Positions 63,337 to 64,000 of a DNA stretch of 64,000 nucleotides are shown one piece after another. The position numbers and the translations under genes are program-made. Source of the stretch: a virus (Duplodnaviria > Caudoviricetes). Numbering within the stretch: the stretch's first letter is position 1; each line of letters opens with the position of its first letter. The stretch is from IMG/VR virus record IMGVR_UViG_643348562_000001, positions 20,153-84,152 of that record, one strand, 5' to 3'. The notes under the pieces were generated by a model. That model was not told where the DNA came from, made no database searches, and saw only the letters and a program-made list of their open reading frames with translations.

Positions 63337-63768
63337 TTATCTTACTTCGACAATAAAGTTGAACTTAAGTTGCATTTTCTCATGATCATAACATGTTCTG
63401 ACTTGCACTTCTTGATTGAATTCATCTATTTTTTCAATGACACAATCAATTTCATGTAATTGATGATCATTGTGATAGATTATAGTACACGATGAAGGCA
63501 TACACGAATAGTGATGTAACTTAACGTTGATTTCAATTATTTGTTCATCGCTTAATGTAGGCATATAAAAATAGTCTTGCGTTTCTATTTGACGTTTTAT
63601 ATCCTCATATTGTTGTGGCATAGTAGCGAATGGCGCCCATTTAATCATGCCACGACCTCTAGGTATGTTTCTTTCAAGATATTGTGAAGGAACATTTTTG
63701 TAATTAGTTTCTTCTATTAAGTGTTCTGGAACGGTAGGGTGGTTATCGTTTAAATTGTGGGCTTTCAA
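63337..63768 (-). CDS. YolD-like protein
   Basis: RGRGMIKWAPFATMPQQY motif. Confidence 0.85.
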   Translation of the reverse strand: MKAHNLNDNHPTVPEHLIEETNYKNVPSQYLERNIPRGRGMIKWAPFATMPQQYEDIKRQIETQDYFYMPTLSDEQIIEINVKLHHYSCMPSSCTIIYHNDHQLHEIDCVIEKIDEFNQEVQVRTCYDHEKMQLKFNFIVEVR

Positions 63769-64000
63769 AGTTATTCACCACACAAAAATAAAATTTGTCA
63801 TCTTCATTCAATTCATCAAAAAGTTCAATATCATTCATTTCTTTTAAGAAAGTTAAAGGGCTTCTTTCCTGGACTTCTTTGCTGATCAGAAAAATCATAT
63901 ACTTGAACTCATCACCTAGGTTCATCTGCAGCTCTTTTAAATCATAATCATCTTTCATCTTTTCAAATTGTTCTTCATCAATTAAATCGTATACTCTCAT
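63743..64000 (-). CDS. Small acidic hypothetical protein (start at window edge)
   Basis: 85 aa ORF overlapping the yolD-like start. Confidence 0.5.
   Translation of the reverse strand: MRVYDLIDEEQFEKMKDDYDLKELQMNLGDEFKYMIFLISKEVQERSPLTFLKEMNDIELFDELNEDDKFYFCVVNNFESPQFKR

Larger units (their letters stand above)
14678..64000 (+). mobile_element. Prophage 2, nearly complete (attR beyond window)
   Basis: Integrase, lysogeny, replication, packaging, head, tail, lysis and accessory modules in canonical order. Confidence 0.95.

Overview
The window holds two different siphovirus-type prophages of a Staphylococcaceae-like host (low GC; a staphylococcal-type GlnA C-terminus at the junction; genus not determinable from the sequence alone). 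They sit in tandem. Bases 1-~14,620 are the right part of prophage 1: capsid, TP901-1-like tail, holin, amidase and a terminal putative sRNA. At 14,621-14,677 a duplicated 3' end of glnA marks the att junction, with different arm-type repeats on each side. From 14,786 to the window end is a nearly complete prophage 2: integrase, ImmA/ImmR-type lysogeny control with accessory genes, YqaJ/RecT, DnaD-DnaC replication, PBSX-type terminase, capsid E, tail, lysis, and a right-end accessory region. Its attR lies beyond the window. Most notable: (i) a dispersin B-like GH20 glycosidase inserted between two holins in the lysis cassette of prophage 2; (ii) a ~172-nt structured, promoter- and terminator-bounded putative sRNA, preceded by paired TTCGG-N8-CCGRA palindromes, at the right end of both prophages; (iii) an AT-rich ABC-ATPase plus PD-(D/E)xK-like nuclease pair (candidate defence system); (iv) an orphan GTTCC-iteron origin-like element with no primase-helicase gene; (v) an array of GACCAA-loop hairpins after cro. 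Five genes carry +1 single-base insertions and one has an in-frame TGA; these most likely reflect sequencing error. No tRNA, rRNA or CRISPR array was found.
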